Shown piece after piece: positions 32,476-42,275 of a stretch of 64,000 nucleotides of DNA; the stretch's first letter is position 1; every line of letters begins with the position of its first letter. Position numbers and translations under genes: made by a program. The DNA lies in assembly GCA_963763075.1 (NCBI GenBank), contig CAVXNF010000006.1, positions 351,728 through 415,727 of the forward strand, written 5' to 3'. Under the pieces are notes generated by a model. The model did not search any database, was not told the DNA's origin, and saw nothing but the letters and a program-made list of their open reading frames with translations. The stretch comes from an uncultured Chloroflexia bacterium. GTDB taxonomy: Bacteria > Chloroflexota > Limnocylindria > Limnocylindrales > CSP1-4.

Positions 32476-33195
32476 TCAGCCGAGGAGGCCGATCGCGAGG
32501 TCGCCGTCGAGCTGCAGGTCGCCGTCGGGCGTCACGAGCACGTCGGTCAGGCGGATCGGCAGGTCCTCGCCGCCGCGCAGCAGGATGACCTGCTCCAGCC
32601 CGAGCGGGTTGTCGTCCACCTCGAGCACGAGGTTGCCGGCGCCGTCGACATCGAGCGTGCCGCCGACCTCGATGCCGGCGTCGATCGTGAGCCGGTCCGG
32701 GTCACGCAGCGTCACCGAGCCGGGTCGGGCGCCCGTGCGCTCCTCGACGGCGTCGGCGATGAGGCCCTCGGCGACGTGCGCCGTCGATCACGGTCGTCGC
32801 GGTGACGTCATCCCCGCCGCCCGATGACGGCGATCTCGTCCAGGGTCACCTCGCGGCCCACCGAGGTCCTCGATCGTGACGTCGGTCAGGGAGCCCTCGA
32901 CGCCGCCGGCCGAGCGATCGAGGATCGAGACGTCGCGCAGCACGAGGTCGAGCTCGCCGATCGCGAGGTCGCGGAACGTCGCGTCCGTCGCCCGGACGCG
33001 CACCCGGTCGGCGTGGAGCCCGATGAGGTCCGTCGGCGGGTCGCTCGACACCGTCACGGTCGTGTCGTCGGCCTGGAGGCCCGCGGCGGTGACCGCGGTC
33101 GTGACCATGCCGGCGGCGACCTGCGGCAGCCCGACGACGACGATCAGCGCGACGACCGCCGCCCCCAGGGCGAGCGTGAACAGGCAGCCGCGCAT
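32476..33195 (-). CDS. DUF2993/LmeA-like envelope protein with an N-terminal TM anchor (at least 3 apparent frameshifts between 32715 and 32870)
   Basis: MRGCLFTLALGAAVVALIVVVGLPQVAAGMVTTAVTAAGLQADDTTVTVSSDPPTDLIGLHADRVRVRATDATFRDLAIGELDLVLRDVSILDRS.. (ORF 32788..33252). My frame-hopping reconstruction continues VTLDEIAVIG / GDDVTATTVIDG / VAEGLIADAVEERTGARPGSVTLRDPDRLTIDAGIEVGGTLDVDGAGNLVLEVDD... (ORF 32476..32715). Confidence 0.45.
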
Positions 33196-34850
33196 CAGCC
33201 GGCCCAGCCCATCGTGGTGAGGGTCTCGCGCGCGACCGCCGCCTCGTCCCACGGCAGCGCGTGGTCGGCGTACAGGATCGTCGGCTCGTGGCCCTTGCCG
33301 GCGAGGAGCACGACGTCACCGGGCCGCGCCCGCTCGAACGCCGCCTCGATCGCCGCCCGCCGGTCCGGGATCGCGAGCACGTCCACGTCTCGGTGCCGGC
33401 CCGCGCTCTCCGCGCCGCGCACGATCTCGTCGATGATCGCCGCGGGGTCCTCGCCGCGCGGATCCTCGTCGGTCGCCACGACGAGCCGGCACCGCTCGCC
33501 CGCGATCCGGCCCATCTGGCCGCGCTTCGCGGTGTCGCGCTCCCCGCCCGAGCCGAACACGGCGACCAGCGCGCCACCCCGGGCCGCGGCGACCGGCGCG
33601 AGCAGGTCGAGGACGCCGGCCAGCGACGCCGGCGAGTGGGCGTAGTCGACGATCACCGCGAACGGCTGGCCGTGGTCGATCCGCTCCATCCGGCCCGGGA
33701 CACCCTCGACCGCCTCGAGGCCCGCGCGGACCGCGGCCGGCATCCAGGCCAAGGCCGTCACCCGAGCGCGACGACGGCGAGCGCGTTGTGCACGTTGAAC
33801 CGGCCGGCGAGCCGGAGCTCGATCGAGCGCCTCGCCCGACGGCGCCACGTAGCCGATCCGCAGGCGCCGGGCGTCCTCCTCGATCCGCGTCGGCCGCACG
33901 TCCGCCGCCGCGTCCTGGCCGTAGGTCAGCACGGTGGCGCCCGCCTGGCGGGCCGTCGCCTCGAACCACGAGCCGGCCGGGTCGTCGCGGTTGATGATCG
34001 CGAGCTTGGGCCACGCCACGCCGCCCACGGTCGTCGCGGGGTTCGCGTCACCCGGGGCGAGCGCGGCGAACAGCCGGATCTTGGCGGCCCGATACGCCTC
34101 GAACGAGCCGTGGAGGTCGAGGTGCTCGTGGCTGAGGTTGGTGAAGATCGCCGCGTCGTACGCGACCCCGAGCACGCGGTCGAGCGCGAGGGCATGGGAC
34201 GTCGTCTCGAGCACGGCCGCCTCGTTGCCCGCCGCGACCATCGCGGCGAGGGTCGCGTGGAGCTCCGGGGCGCCGGGTGTCGTCACGTGGGCCTCGTGGC
34301 GCTCGCGGGCATCGCCCACCTTCGTCTCGACCGTCCCGATCATGCCCGTGGACACGCCCGCCGCCTCCAGCGCGGCCACCGCGAGGAACGAGGTCGTCGT
34401 CTTGCCGTCCGTCCCGGTGATCCCGACGACGCCGAGCCGGCGCGACGGGTCGCCGTACCACCAGCCGGCCGCATGGGCGAGGGCGGGCCGGGCGCCGGTC
34501 ACGACGACCTGCGGCAGCGGCGTCCCGGGCACGGCCCGCTCGACGATCGCCGCGGCGGCGCCGGCCTCGGCCGCGGGCCGGACGTACTCGGTGCCGTCGA
34601 CGTGGAAGCCCGGGACCGCGACGAACAGCGTCCCCTCCTCCACCTCGCGCGAGTCCTCGACCACGCCCCGGACCGGCACGTCCCCCACCCCGCCGACGCC
34701 GATCGGCAGGTCGTCGCGCCGCGCGCCGCGCAGGAGGCCGGCGGCGTCGAGCCGGGCGAGCAGCCCGGCCAGCGGCCGCGGCTCGGTGGGCTCGGCCGCC
34801 GCGATGGCCGCCGCGACCGGGGTGTCGCGCATCGTCGTCCGGTCGCTCAT
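33195..34850 (-). CDS. murE: UDP-N-acetylmuramoyl-L-alanyl-D-glutamate--2,6-diaminopimelate (or L-Lys) ligase MurE (about 3 apparent frameshifts at 33745-33840)
   Basis: ATG at 34850 (ATGA overlap with the upstream gene). ...VVGITGTDGKTTTSFL (P-loop) ...ETTSHAL...FTNLSHEHLDLHGS... The corrupted stretch reads SIELRLAGRFNVHNALAVVALG in another frame, then ...VPGRMERIDHGQPFAVIVDYAHSP...FGSGGERD..KR... Confidence 0.9.
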   Translation of the reverse strand: MSDRTTMRDTPVAAAIAAAEPTEPRPLAGLLARLDAAGLLRGARRDDLPIGVGGVGDVPVRGVVEDSREVEEGTLFVAVPGFHVDGTEYVRPAAEAGAAAAIVERAVPGTPLPQVVVTGARPALAHAAGWWYGDPSRRLGVVGITGTDGKTTTSFLAVAALEAAGVSTGMIGTVETKVGDARERHEAHVTTPGAPELHATLAAMVAAGNEAAVLETTSHALALDRVLGVAYDAAIFTNLSHEHLDLHGSFEAYRAAKIRLFAALAPGDANPATTVGGVAWPKLAIINRDDPAGSWFEATARQAGATVLTYGQDAAADVRPTRIEEDARRLRIGYVAPSGEALDRAPARRPVQRAQRARRRRARVTALAWMPAAVRAGLEAVEGVPGRMERIDHGQPFAVIVDYAHSPASLAGVLDLLAPVAAARGGALVAVFGSGGERDTAKRGQMGRIAGERCRLVVATDEDPRGEDPAAIIDEIVRGAESAGRHRDVDVLAIPDRRAAIEAAFERARPGDVVLLAGKGHEPTILYADHALPWDEAAVARETLTTMGWAG

Positions 34851-35977
34851 CGGGCGGTCCGCCCGGGCGTCACGAGGCGTTCCACCCGCGACAGCCCGCG
34901 GCCCAGCGCGTAGCGCCACGGCCGCGCGACGCGCTCCTGGGCGCCGGCGAGCGCCACCCACTCCGCCCCGAACGACCGCTTGTGCTCGTACAGGCCATAG
35001 GTCGGCTCGCCCTCGGTCGGGATCCGCCGCGCGCCGGGGAGGTCCACGCCGCCGAGGTCCATCTCGGTCCGTGCCTCCGCGAGCGCGAGCTGGATCGCGC
35101 GCCACCGGAGGAGGTGCATCGCGCCCGGGTGGTCACGCCGCCGCTCGGCGCGGTCGCCGCTGTGCTGGGTCGACAGCCGCCGCCCGTGGCGGTACAGGAC
35201 GAGCCCGCCGAGCACGTCGCCGTCCGGCGCGCCCTCGCGGGCCTCGAGATAGACGAGGTGCCCCGCCTCGAGCGCGCGGCCCCACCAGGGCAGGAACTCC
35301 TCGGGCCCGGCGAACCCGAAGCCGCGCCGGTCGCCCGTCGCGCGGAGCAGGCCGTAGAACCGGCGCAGGGCGTCCGCGCCATCCTCCGTCGCGCGGACCG
35401 TGCCCTCGAGCTCGGTCGTCGCCGCGTCCCAGCGCACGACGACGACGCCGTCACGCTCGGCGCGCCGGATCCGCTGCCGGGTCGCCTTGGCGATGCCGTC
35501 CATCACGGCCTGCTCGTCCGTGCCCGCCGGCAGCGGCAGCGCCATCCGGTGGCGGGACGGCTGGATCTCCGGGATGCCGTGGAAGCCGACGCCATCGAGC
35601 GCGCGGCCGTACGCCTCGTTGGCGTCGGCGACCTCGGGGTCCGCGGCGAGCACGTCCATGCCGCCGTCCGAGAGGTGGACCGCGAGCGCGGCGAGCGACT
35701 CGCCGACCCGCACGCCGTCAGCGTCGGTCGCCCACGGCGTGCCGTCCACGACGGGGCCGCGCGGCACGTACGCCGAGCCGCCGCCGATCCCGTGCCACGG
35801 CCGCACGAGGACGAGGGCGCGGGCGTCGCCCACGACGTGGAACCGAGCCTCCCAGCCCGTCGCCTCGCGATGCGCGGCCCAGGCCCGCGACTGGAGCACG
35901 TGGCCGCCCTCGGCGTCCACGGCGCGCGCGTCCCAGTCGTCGAGCTCGTCGGCGGCCAGCTGGCGGACCGCCGTCAT
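34847..35977 (-). CDS. FemAB-family peptidoglycan interpeptide-bridge peptidyltransferase (FemX-like), copy 2
   Basis: 376 aa from the ATG at 35977. MTAVRQLAADELDDWDARAVDAEGGHVLQSRAWAAHREATGWEARFHVV...IQPSRHRMALPL...GIAKATRQRIRRAERDGV...LVLYRHGRRLSTQHSGD...GAMHLLRWRAIQLA...MDLGGVD...GLYEHKRSFGAEWV. Confidence 0.8.
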   Translation of the reverse strand: MTAVRQLAADELDDWDARAVDAEGGHVLQSRAWAAHREATGWEARFHVVGDARALVLVRPWHGIGGGSAYVPRGPVVDGTPWATDADGVRVGESLAALAVHLSDGGMDVLAADPEVADANEAYGRALDGVGFHGIPEIQPSRHRMALPLPAGTDEQAVMDGIAKATRQRIRRAERDGVVVVRWDAATTELEGTVRATEDGADALRRFYGLLRATGDRRGFGFAGPEEFLPWWGRALEAGHLVYLEAREGAPDGDVLGGLVLYRHGRRLSTQHSGDRAERRRDHPGAMHLLRWRAIQLALAEARTEMDLGGVDLPGARRIPTEGEPTYGLYEHKRSFGAEWVALAGAQERVARPWRYALGRGLSRVERLVTPGRTAR

Positions 35978-37091
35978 GCGTCGCCCCCGTCGGCGCCCCC
36001 GTCCCCCGCGTACCCCGAGGCCGACGAGCCGCCCTTGAGCCCGTGCCGCAGCCGCTCGACGCGGACGCGCGGCGGCCTGGGCGACGGCATACGTCCGCCG
36101 CCCGAGCGGGTCGAGCACGAGGTCGTACGCCCCGACGTAGTGGATCTCGCGCCCGCCGAAGCCCGTCTTGAAGTGGGCGATCCCCGCGTGGGCGAGGCCC
36201 CACAGGTCGTACGAGGTCGCGCCCTGCTCGCGCGAGCTGCGGATCGCCTCCCACTTGAGCAGGTAGTTCGCGCGGCTGTCGGCGCCGGCCGGGGTCATGC
36301 CGCCGTACGGCTCGACGACCCGGGTGCCGGCGCGGACGAGGAACAGCGTCGCGACGGGCGTGCCGTCGGGCAGCTCGGCGAACAGCAGCCGCGCGCGGCC
36401 GGCGGGCGCGTAGGCCTGCCACACGTCGTGGTAGGCCGACTTGGCGCGGATGAGGAACCCGGCCCGGTCCGCGGTCTCCTGGTAGATCGCGTAGAACTCG
36501 TCCAGGCGCTCGGGCCCGGCGTCGACGATCCGGACGCCACCGGTTCGCGCCTTGTTCACGTACTGGCGCCACTTCTTGCGCAGGTCGCCCCACAGCGCGT
36601 CCTCGTCCGCGGTCAGGTCGATCGCACGGGTCGAGACGGGCTGGATCGCCGTCGCCTGCCTGCCACCCCGCGGCCGCAAGCGCGTCGGTCACCCGGCCGC
36701 CCTCGTCGCGACCGGCGCCGCGCTCGATCTCGGGGTCGATCCGCAGGTGGCTCGGCCGGCCGGCGCCCTTGAGCCGCTCGCGGGCGAGCTGCGTGAAGCG
36801 CTCCAGGGCCGCCTCGTCCCAGGTGCCGAGGACCGGGCCACGCGGGGCGTACGCGAACGACCACGGCAGCGGACCCGGACGGCGGAGCAGGACCTGCGCC
36901 CCCACGGCGTCCGCTCCGTCGCCGTCGAGCATCCGCCGCGAGCGCCAGCCGTTGACGGCCTTGACGCGTGCCCAGGCCGTCAGCTGGAGGTACGAGCCGA
37001 GCGGGTTCGCCTCGACCGCCTCGTCCCAGGCGGCCGGGTCGGGGCGGCCGTGGACGGGCCGTGCCTCGGGGTCCGGCGCGGGAGCGGTCAC
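35974..37091 (-). CDS. FemAB-family peptidoglycan interpeptide-bridge peptidyltransferase (FemX-like), copy 1 (2 apparent frameshifts, at about 36655 and 36070)
   Basis: The GTG at 37091 overlaps the murJ stop (GTGA). ...WDEAVEANPLGSYLQLTAWARVKAVNGWRSRRM...FAYAPRGPVLG..., then in the ORF 34847..36679 frame: IQPVSTRAIDLTADEDALWGDLRKKWRQYVNKARTGGV...YGGMTPAGADSRANYLLKWEAIR...YDLWGL...HFKTGFGGREI. A third-frame tail ...RLRHGLKGGSSASGYAGDGGADGGDA ends in an ATGA overlap with copy 2. Confidence 0.72.
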
Positions 37092-38735
37092 GGGCGTCCC
37101 CGCCGGCGCATGAGGTCGGCCATCACCCCGACGATAGTGCGGAGCTCCTCCATGCGCAACGCGGCCGCCCCGGCGACGACCACGAGCCCGCCGGCCGCGG
37201 TCGCGGCGACGAGCCGCACCAGCACGAGCAGCTGCGACGGGTCCTCGCCCCACGCGGTCACGAGGGCGCTGTTCACGAGGTACGCGGCCGCCGCCCCGAG
37301 CAGCGGCGAGCACCGTCGACACGAGCCCGACCCGCACGACCGACCGAGGCCGAGCCCGGCGACGCGGCGGCGCAGGATGATCGCGAGGATCAGCCGTCTC
37401 GACCCAGGCGCCGATCGCGATCGCGGCCGCGAGCCCCACGACGCCGTAGGGACCGACGAGCACGACGGCGAACGCGATGTCGACCGCGACCGCGACGAGC
37501 GCGGCGAGGACCGGGGTCAGCGTGTCCTGGCGGGCGTAGAAGGCCCTCGCGAGCACGGCGATCAGCGAATGGGCGGTGAGGCCGAGCAGGAACGCCTGGA
37601 GGGCCGCGCTCGTCGCATCGAGCAGCGGCTCGTCGGTGGCGCCGTAGTCGAACAGCAGCCGCGTGACGTCGTCCGCGACCACGAACCCGATGGCGGTGAT
37701 CGGCACCATGACGAACGCGAGCAGCCGGAGCGCCCGGACGAGGAGCCGCCGGAACGCGTCCGCGTCGCCGAGCGCCGACTCGCGCGAGAGCGACGGCAGG
37801 AGGACGATGCCGAGCGGCACCCCGATGACGCCGATCGGGATCTGGAGCACCGCGAACGCGAACGTGAACGCCGCGATCGCGCCGGTGGCGAGGGTCGACG
37901 CGAGGCTCGTCATCACCAGGAACACGACCTGGACCGCCCCGAGGCCGAGCGCGCGCGGCGCCATCAGCACGAGCGTCTTGCGCGCGTCCGCGTCGCCGAG
38001 GTCGACCCGCGGCGTGATCCGCGCGCCGATCCGGCGCATGACCGGCAGCTGGACGAGCAGGTGGCCCAGCGCGCCGAGGACGACGCCGATCGCGAGGCCG
38101 ACCACGCCGAACGGCGGCACGAACAGCAGCGCCCCGACGATGATCGCGACGTTGTAGACGATCGGGGCCAGGGCGGCCGCCCCGAACCGGCCCTTGGCGT
38201 TGAGGACGCTCGTCGCGACGGCGCCGGCGGCGAGGAACAGCGGCGCGAGCACCATGACCCGCGTCAGCTCGACGGTCTGGGCCAGCTGCGCCTCGTCGAA
38301 CCCGGGCGTGATGATCGGCACGAGGACCGGGGCGAACACGAGCACGAGCAGCGCGAGGACCGCGAGCGCGCTGAGCATCAGCGTCGTCACGGTGGACACG
38401 ACGCGCCACGCGTGGGCGTCCTCGTCCTTCGCGAACAGCCCGGCGACGACCGGGATCATCGCCGACGACAGCGCCCCGGCCGCCACGAGCTGGAACAGGA
38501 AGTCCGGGATGCGGAACGCGGCGAAGAACGAGTCGAGCTGCGACGGGTCCGGCACCGCGGCCGCGATGACGACATAGCGGAGGTAGCCGAGGATCCGCGA
38601 GATCGCGAACGCGACGGTGACGATGATCCCGGCGCGGGCGAGCGTGCGGGTGGTGGCGCCGGGGCGCCGGTCGTCTTCCTCGGGCGGCGCCGCGCGAACC
38701 GGCGCCGCGTCGTCCACGTCGGCGACGTCGTCCAT
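37088..38735 (-). CDS. murJ: lipid II flippase MurJ (about 3 apparent frameshifts at 37290-37390)
   Basis: ...ARAGIIVTVAFAISRILGYLRYVVIAAAVPDPSQLDSFFAAFRIPDFLFQLVAAGALSSAMIPV... with 12 or more TM helices in the frame of ORF 35718..39437. The C-terminus ...YLVNSALVTAWGEDPSQLLVLVRLVAATAAGGLVVVAGAAALRMEELRTIVGVMADLMRRRGRP is in ORF 37088..37276. Confidence 0.85.
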
Positions 38736-39718
38736 CACGAGCTCCGGGCGCGGGGGTGGGCGTCGCGGTACGCGTCGCGCAGCCGGCCGGGCGAGACGTG
38801 GGTGTAGATCTGGGTCGTCGCGAGGCTCTCGTGCCCCAGCAGCTCCTGGACGACCCGCAGGTCCGCGCCGCCCTCGAGCAGGTGGGTCGCGAAGCTGTGG
38901 CGCAGCGTGTGCGGGCTGACGCCCTCGGGCAGGCCGGCCTCGCGCCGGAGCCGGTCGAGCCGTCCGCGCAGGCCGCGCACCCCGAGCGGGGCGCCCTGGT
39001 GGTTGAGGAACACGGCGGTCGGCTCCTCGGTGCCGGCCGGGGCCCGGCGGGCGAGCACCGGCCGCGCCTCGTCGAGGTACGCCTCGAGCGACTCGCGCGC
39101 CGGCCGTCCCAGGAGCCCGATCCGCTCCTTGCGGCCCTTGCCCAGGACCCGCAGCTGGCCGCGCCGCAGGTCGAGCGAGCCGAGGTCGGCCGCGGCGAGC
39201 TCGCTGATCCGCAGCCCGGCGGCGTAGGCGGTCTCGACGAGCGCCCGGTCGCGGAGCGCGATCGCCCGCGCGAGGTCCGGGTCGTGGCGGCCGCGGCCGA
39301 GGCCCGTCGTCCCGCCGCCCGCGGCATCGACCCGGTCGAGGTCCGCGTCCACCACCGCGAGCAGCGCCTCGACCTGGTCGACCTCGAGGACCTTCGGCAG
39401 GCGGCGCGGCAGGCGCGGGGTGGCGATGGCGCCCCACGGGTCGCCGGGGACGAGCCCGGACCGGGCGCAGTAGCGGTAGAACGAGCGGAGCGCCGCCAGC
39501 CGTTGCGCGACCGACGTCCGGGCGTGGCCCTCGGTGAGCTCCGCGAGGTACGCGCGGAGGACCGGGCGGCCCGGGGCCTGCCAGTCCGCGTCGCGTGCCT
39601 CGATCCAGGCGAGGTACGCGGTCACCGTCGCCTCGTACGAGCGCTGGGTGTTGGGCGAGGTGTCACGGGCCTCGAGGGATCGCAGGAACCGCCGCAGGGC
39701 GTCGTCCGCGTCGCTCAT
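38735..39718 (-). CDS. xerC: tyrosine recombinase XerC/XerD family
   Basis: 327 aa from the ATG at 39718. MSDADDALRRFLRSLEARDTSPNTQRSYEATVTAYLAW (SAM-like N-domain) ...ALRDRALVETAYAAGLRISELAAADL...RVLGKGRKER...SPHTLRHSFATHLLEGGADLRVVQELLGHESLATTQIYTHV (R..HxxR..Y catalytic set). Confidence 0.88.
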   Translation of the reverse strand: MSDADDALRRFLRSLEARDTSPNTQRSYEATVTAYLAWIEARDADWQAPGRPVLRAYLAELTEGHARTSVAQRLAALRSFYRYCARSGLVPGDPWGAIATPRLPRRLPKVLEVDQVEALLAVVDADLDRVDAAGGGTTGLGRGRHDPDLARAIALRDRALVETAYAAGLRISELAAADLGSLDLRRGQLRVLGKGRKERIGLLGRPARESLEAYLDEARPVLARRAPAGTEEPTAVFLNHQGAPLGVRGLRGRLDRLRREAGLPEGVSPHTLRHSFATHLLEGGADLRVVQELLGHESLATTQIYTHVSPGRLRDAYRDAHPRARSS

Positions 39719-42187
39719 GCCCCGCCCGCCGGGCGGCCGATCGCGCGCGCCGGCGCGACGCTCACGCGGAGGCGCGCCGGGACGAGGCCCCCGATCGCGG
39801 CGAGCCTTCGGCCCGCGTCGACCGCCGTCCACCGCCGGTGCGTCCGCCGCCGCCCCACGCCGAGCGCCACGTGCCGGCCGCTCGAGCGCGGCCGGGTTGG
39901 GCGGTCCACCGGGCAACCGCAGCCCGGCGAGCTCGCCCGCGGGCAGCGGGATCTCGGCGCCGCAGGTCATGCACAGCCCGGCCTCGCCGCGGCGCACGAT
40001 CGCGCCCTTGCCGTCGGTGTGGATCTCGTGGATCGCGCCCGTCGGCTGGTCGTTGCTGGTGAAGTCGCACTTCGGGTAGTTCGAGCACCCCCAGAAGACG
40101 TTCCCCGTGCGCCGGGCGCGACGCGCGATGAGGTGCCCGTCGGCGTTCTTGGGGCAGGTGACCTCGAACGGCAGCTGGTCGGGCGGCGGCGGGCCGTCCT
40201 TGCGGATGTACGTGCAGTCCGGGTAGCGCGAGCAGCCGACGAACGCCCCGAACCGGCCGCGCTTCGTCGCGAGGGTGCCCTCGCCGCACTGCGGGCAGGG
40301 ATCGCCGTCGCCCTCGAGCTTCGGGGCCTCCTCGCCGGGCAGCGGGCGCGTCTCCTTGTGCTCCGGGTACAGCGTGCAGGCGAGGAACTTCCCGTTGCGG
40401 CCGAGCCGGATCACCATCGGGTGGCCCTCGGAGCACACCTCGTCGGTCTCCTCGGTCGTGAAGTCGGCGCGCTTGAGCTCGCGGCGCTTCTCGTCGACCC
40501 GCGTCTTGAGCGGCGTGAAGAACTCGCGCAGGAGCGGGACCCACGCACGCTCGCCGCGGGCGACCTCGTCGAGCTCGTCCTCCATGCGCGCGGTGAACGC
40601 GAGATCCACGTACTCGCCGAAGTGCGTGACCAGCAGGTCCGTGACGATCTCGCCGATCTCCTCGGGGTGCAGGCGGCGCTCCTCGACCCGGACGTAGCCG
40701 CGCTCGCCGATCGTGGACAGGGTCGCCGCGTACGTCGACGGGCGGCCGATGCCGTGCTCCTCGAGCGCCTTGATCAGGGTCGCCTCGGTGTACCGCGGCG
40801 GGGGCTCGGTGAAGTGCTGGGTCGGCGTGACCGACTGGACCGATGTCGCGTCGCCCTCGGCCAGCGGCGGGAGCGTGCGCTCGGCCTCCTCGGCGGCGGT
40901 GTCGTCCTGGCCCTCGGTGTAGACCCGCGAGAAGCCGTCGAACAGGGTCCGGGTCGCCGAGGCACGCAGCCGGTAGTCGTCCGCGACGAGCTCCGCGGTC
41001 GTGGTCTCGAGCTCCTTGGGCGCCATCTGCGAGGCGATCGCCCGCTGCCAGATGAGGCGGTAGAGCCGCAGCTCCTCGGCCTTGAGGTGGGCGCGCATCG
41101 AGTCCGGATCGCGCATGAACGAGGTCGGCCGGACCGACTCGTGGGCCTCCTGGGCGCCCTTCGCCTTCGTCTTGTAGACGCGACCCTTGCCGGTGCCGTA
41201 CTGCTCGCCGAAGCGCGAGGCGATGACCTCCTGCGCCTCGGCCATGGCCACCGACGCGATCGCCGTCGAGTCCGTCCGCATGTAGGTGATGAGGCCGACG
41301 TGGCCGTCGGGCGTGTCGACGCCCTCGTACAGCCGCTGGGCGATCGACATCGTCCGCTTGGGGCTGAAGCCGAGCTTGCGGCTCGCCTCCTGCTGGAGGG
41401 TGCTGGTGGTGAACGGCGGCGCCGGGTTGCGCTTGGACTGGCGCTTCGCGATCGACTCGACGACCGGTCGCAGGAGGCGGATCGCCGCGGCGTGGCGCTC
41501 GGCGGTCTCGCCGTCGCTGATATCGACCGTCTTGCCGTCGATCCGGACGAGATCCGCGGTGAAGGTGGCGCCGCCGGCCGTCTCGAGCAGCGCCTCGAGC
41601 GTCCAGTACTCCCGCGCCGTGAACGCGCGGATCTCCCGCTCGCGCTCGACGACCATGCGGACCGCGACCGACTGCACGCGCCCGGCCGACAGGCCGCCGC
41701 GGACCTTGCGCGACAGGAGCGGGCTCAGCGTGTAGCCGACCAGCCGGTCGACGATGCGCCGCGTCTGCTGCGCGTCGACGAGGTCCTGGTCGATCTCGCG
41801 CGGGTTCGCGAACGCGTCGCGGATCGCGCCCTCGGTGATCTCGGAGAAGGTGACCCGGCGGCGCTTGCCCTCGGGGACGTTGGCGGCCTCGGCCACGTGC
41901 CACGCGATCGCCTCGCCCTCGCGGTCGAGGTCGCTGGCCAGCCACACGTCCTCTGCGCCGCGCGCCGCCTTCTCGATCGCCGAGACCTGCTTGCGGCGGT
42001 CCTCGGGGATGACGTACTCGGGCAGGAAGTCGTGATCGACGTCGACGCCGAACTTGCCCTTGCCCGGGTTCTCGGGCAGGTCGCGGACGTGGCCGTACGA
42101 CGCGAGGACCTGGTAGTCCCCACCGAGGTAGCGTTCGATCGTCCGCGCCTTGGCGGGCAATTCCACGATCACGAGATGCTTGGCCAT
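39715..42187 (-). CDS. topA: DNA topoisomerase I (3-prime end uncertain; no in-frame stop before xerC)
   Basis: MAKHLVIVELPAKARTIERYLG (TOPRIM) ...SDLDREGEAIAWHV...GGLSAGRVQSVAVRMVVERE...ITYMRTDS (active-site Tyr)..., then several C4 zinc ribbons (CPQCGEG..., CSRYPDC, CSNYPKC, CMTCG). The end coordinate 39715 assumes the alternative-frame TGA that forms an ATGA overlap with xerC. Confidence 0.92.
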
Positions 42188-42275
42188 GGCGGCGCGGAGT
42201 GTAGCACCGGGGTGCTCGACTCCCGCTCATCCGTCGCTCAACGCGCGCGTGCGTGACGCGGGCGGGCGACGGGGC

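Noticed and set aside
27847-32805. 1652-aa plus-strand ORF
   Set aside because: Only 28387..29615 (the MFS transporter) is real. The remainder is antisense to DUF385 and relA and is Arg/Asp/Leu/Gly-rich noise.
38735-39718. Tyrosine recombinase as the integrase of a mobile element
   Set aside because: It has the full XerC/XerD motif set and sits in a housekeeping operon between murJ and topA. There are no flanking repeats, no adjacent tRNA, and no phage or plasmid genes within reach.
38735-42187. Genuine TopA-XerC fusion protein
   Set aside because: XerC has its own ATG in an ATGA context that matches the other junctions in the operon. The contig shows frequent indels, and a basic low-complexity tail is exactly where an undetected indel would remove the stop. 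It is kept only as a low-interest check.
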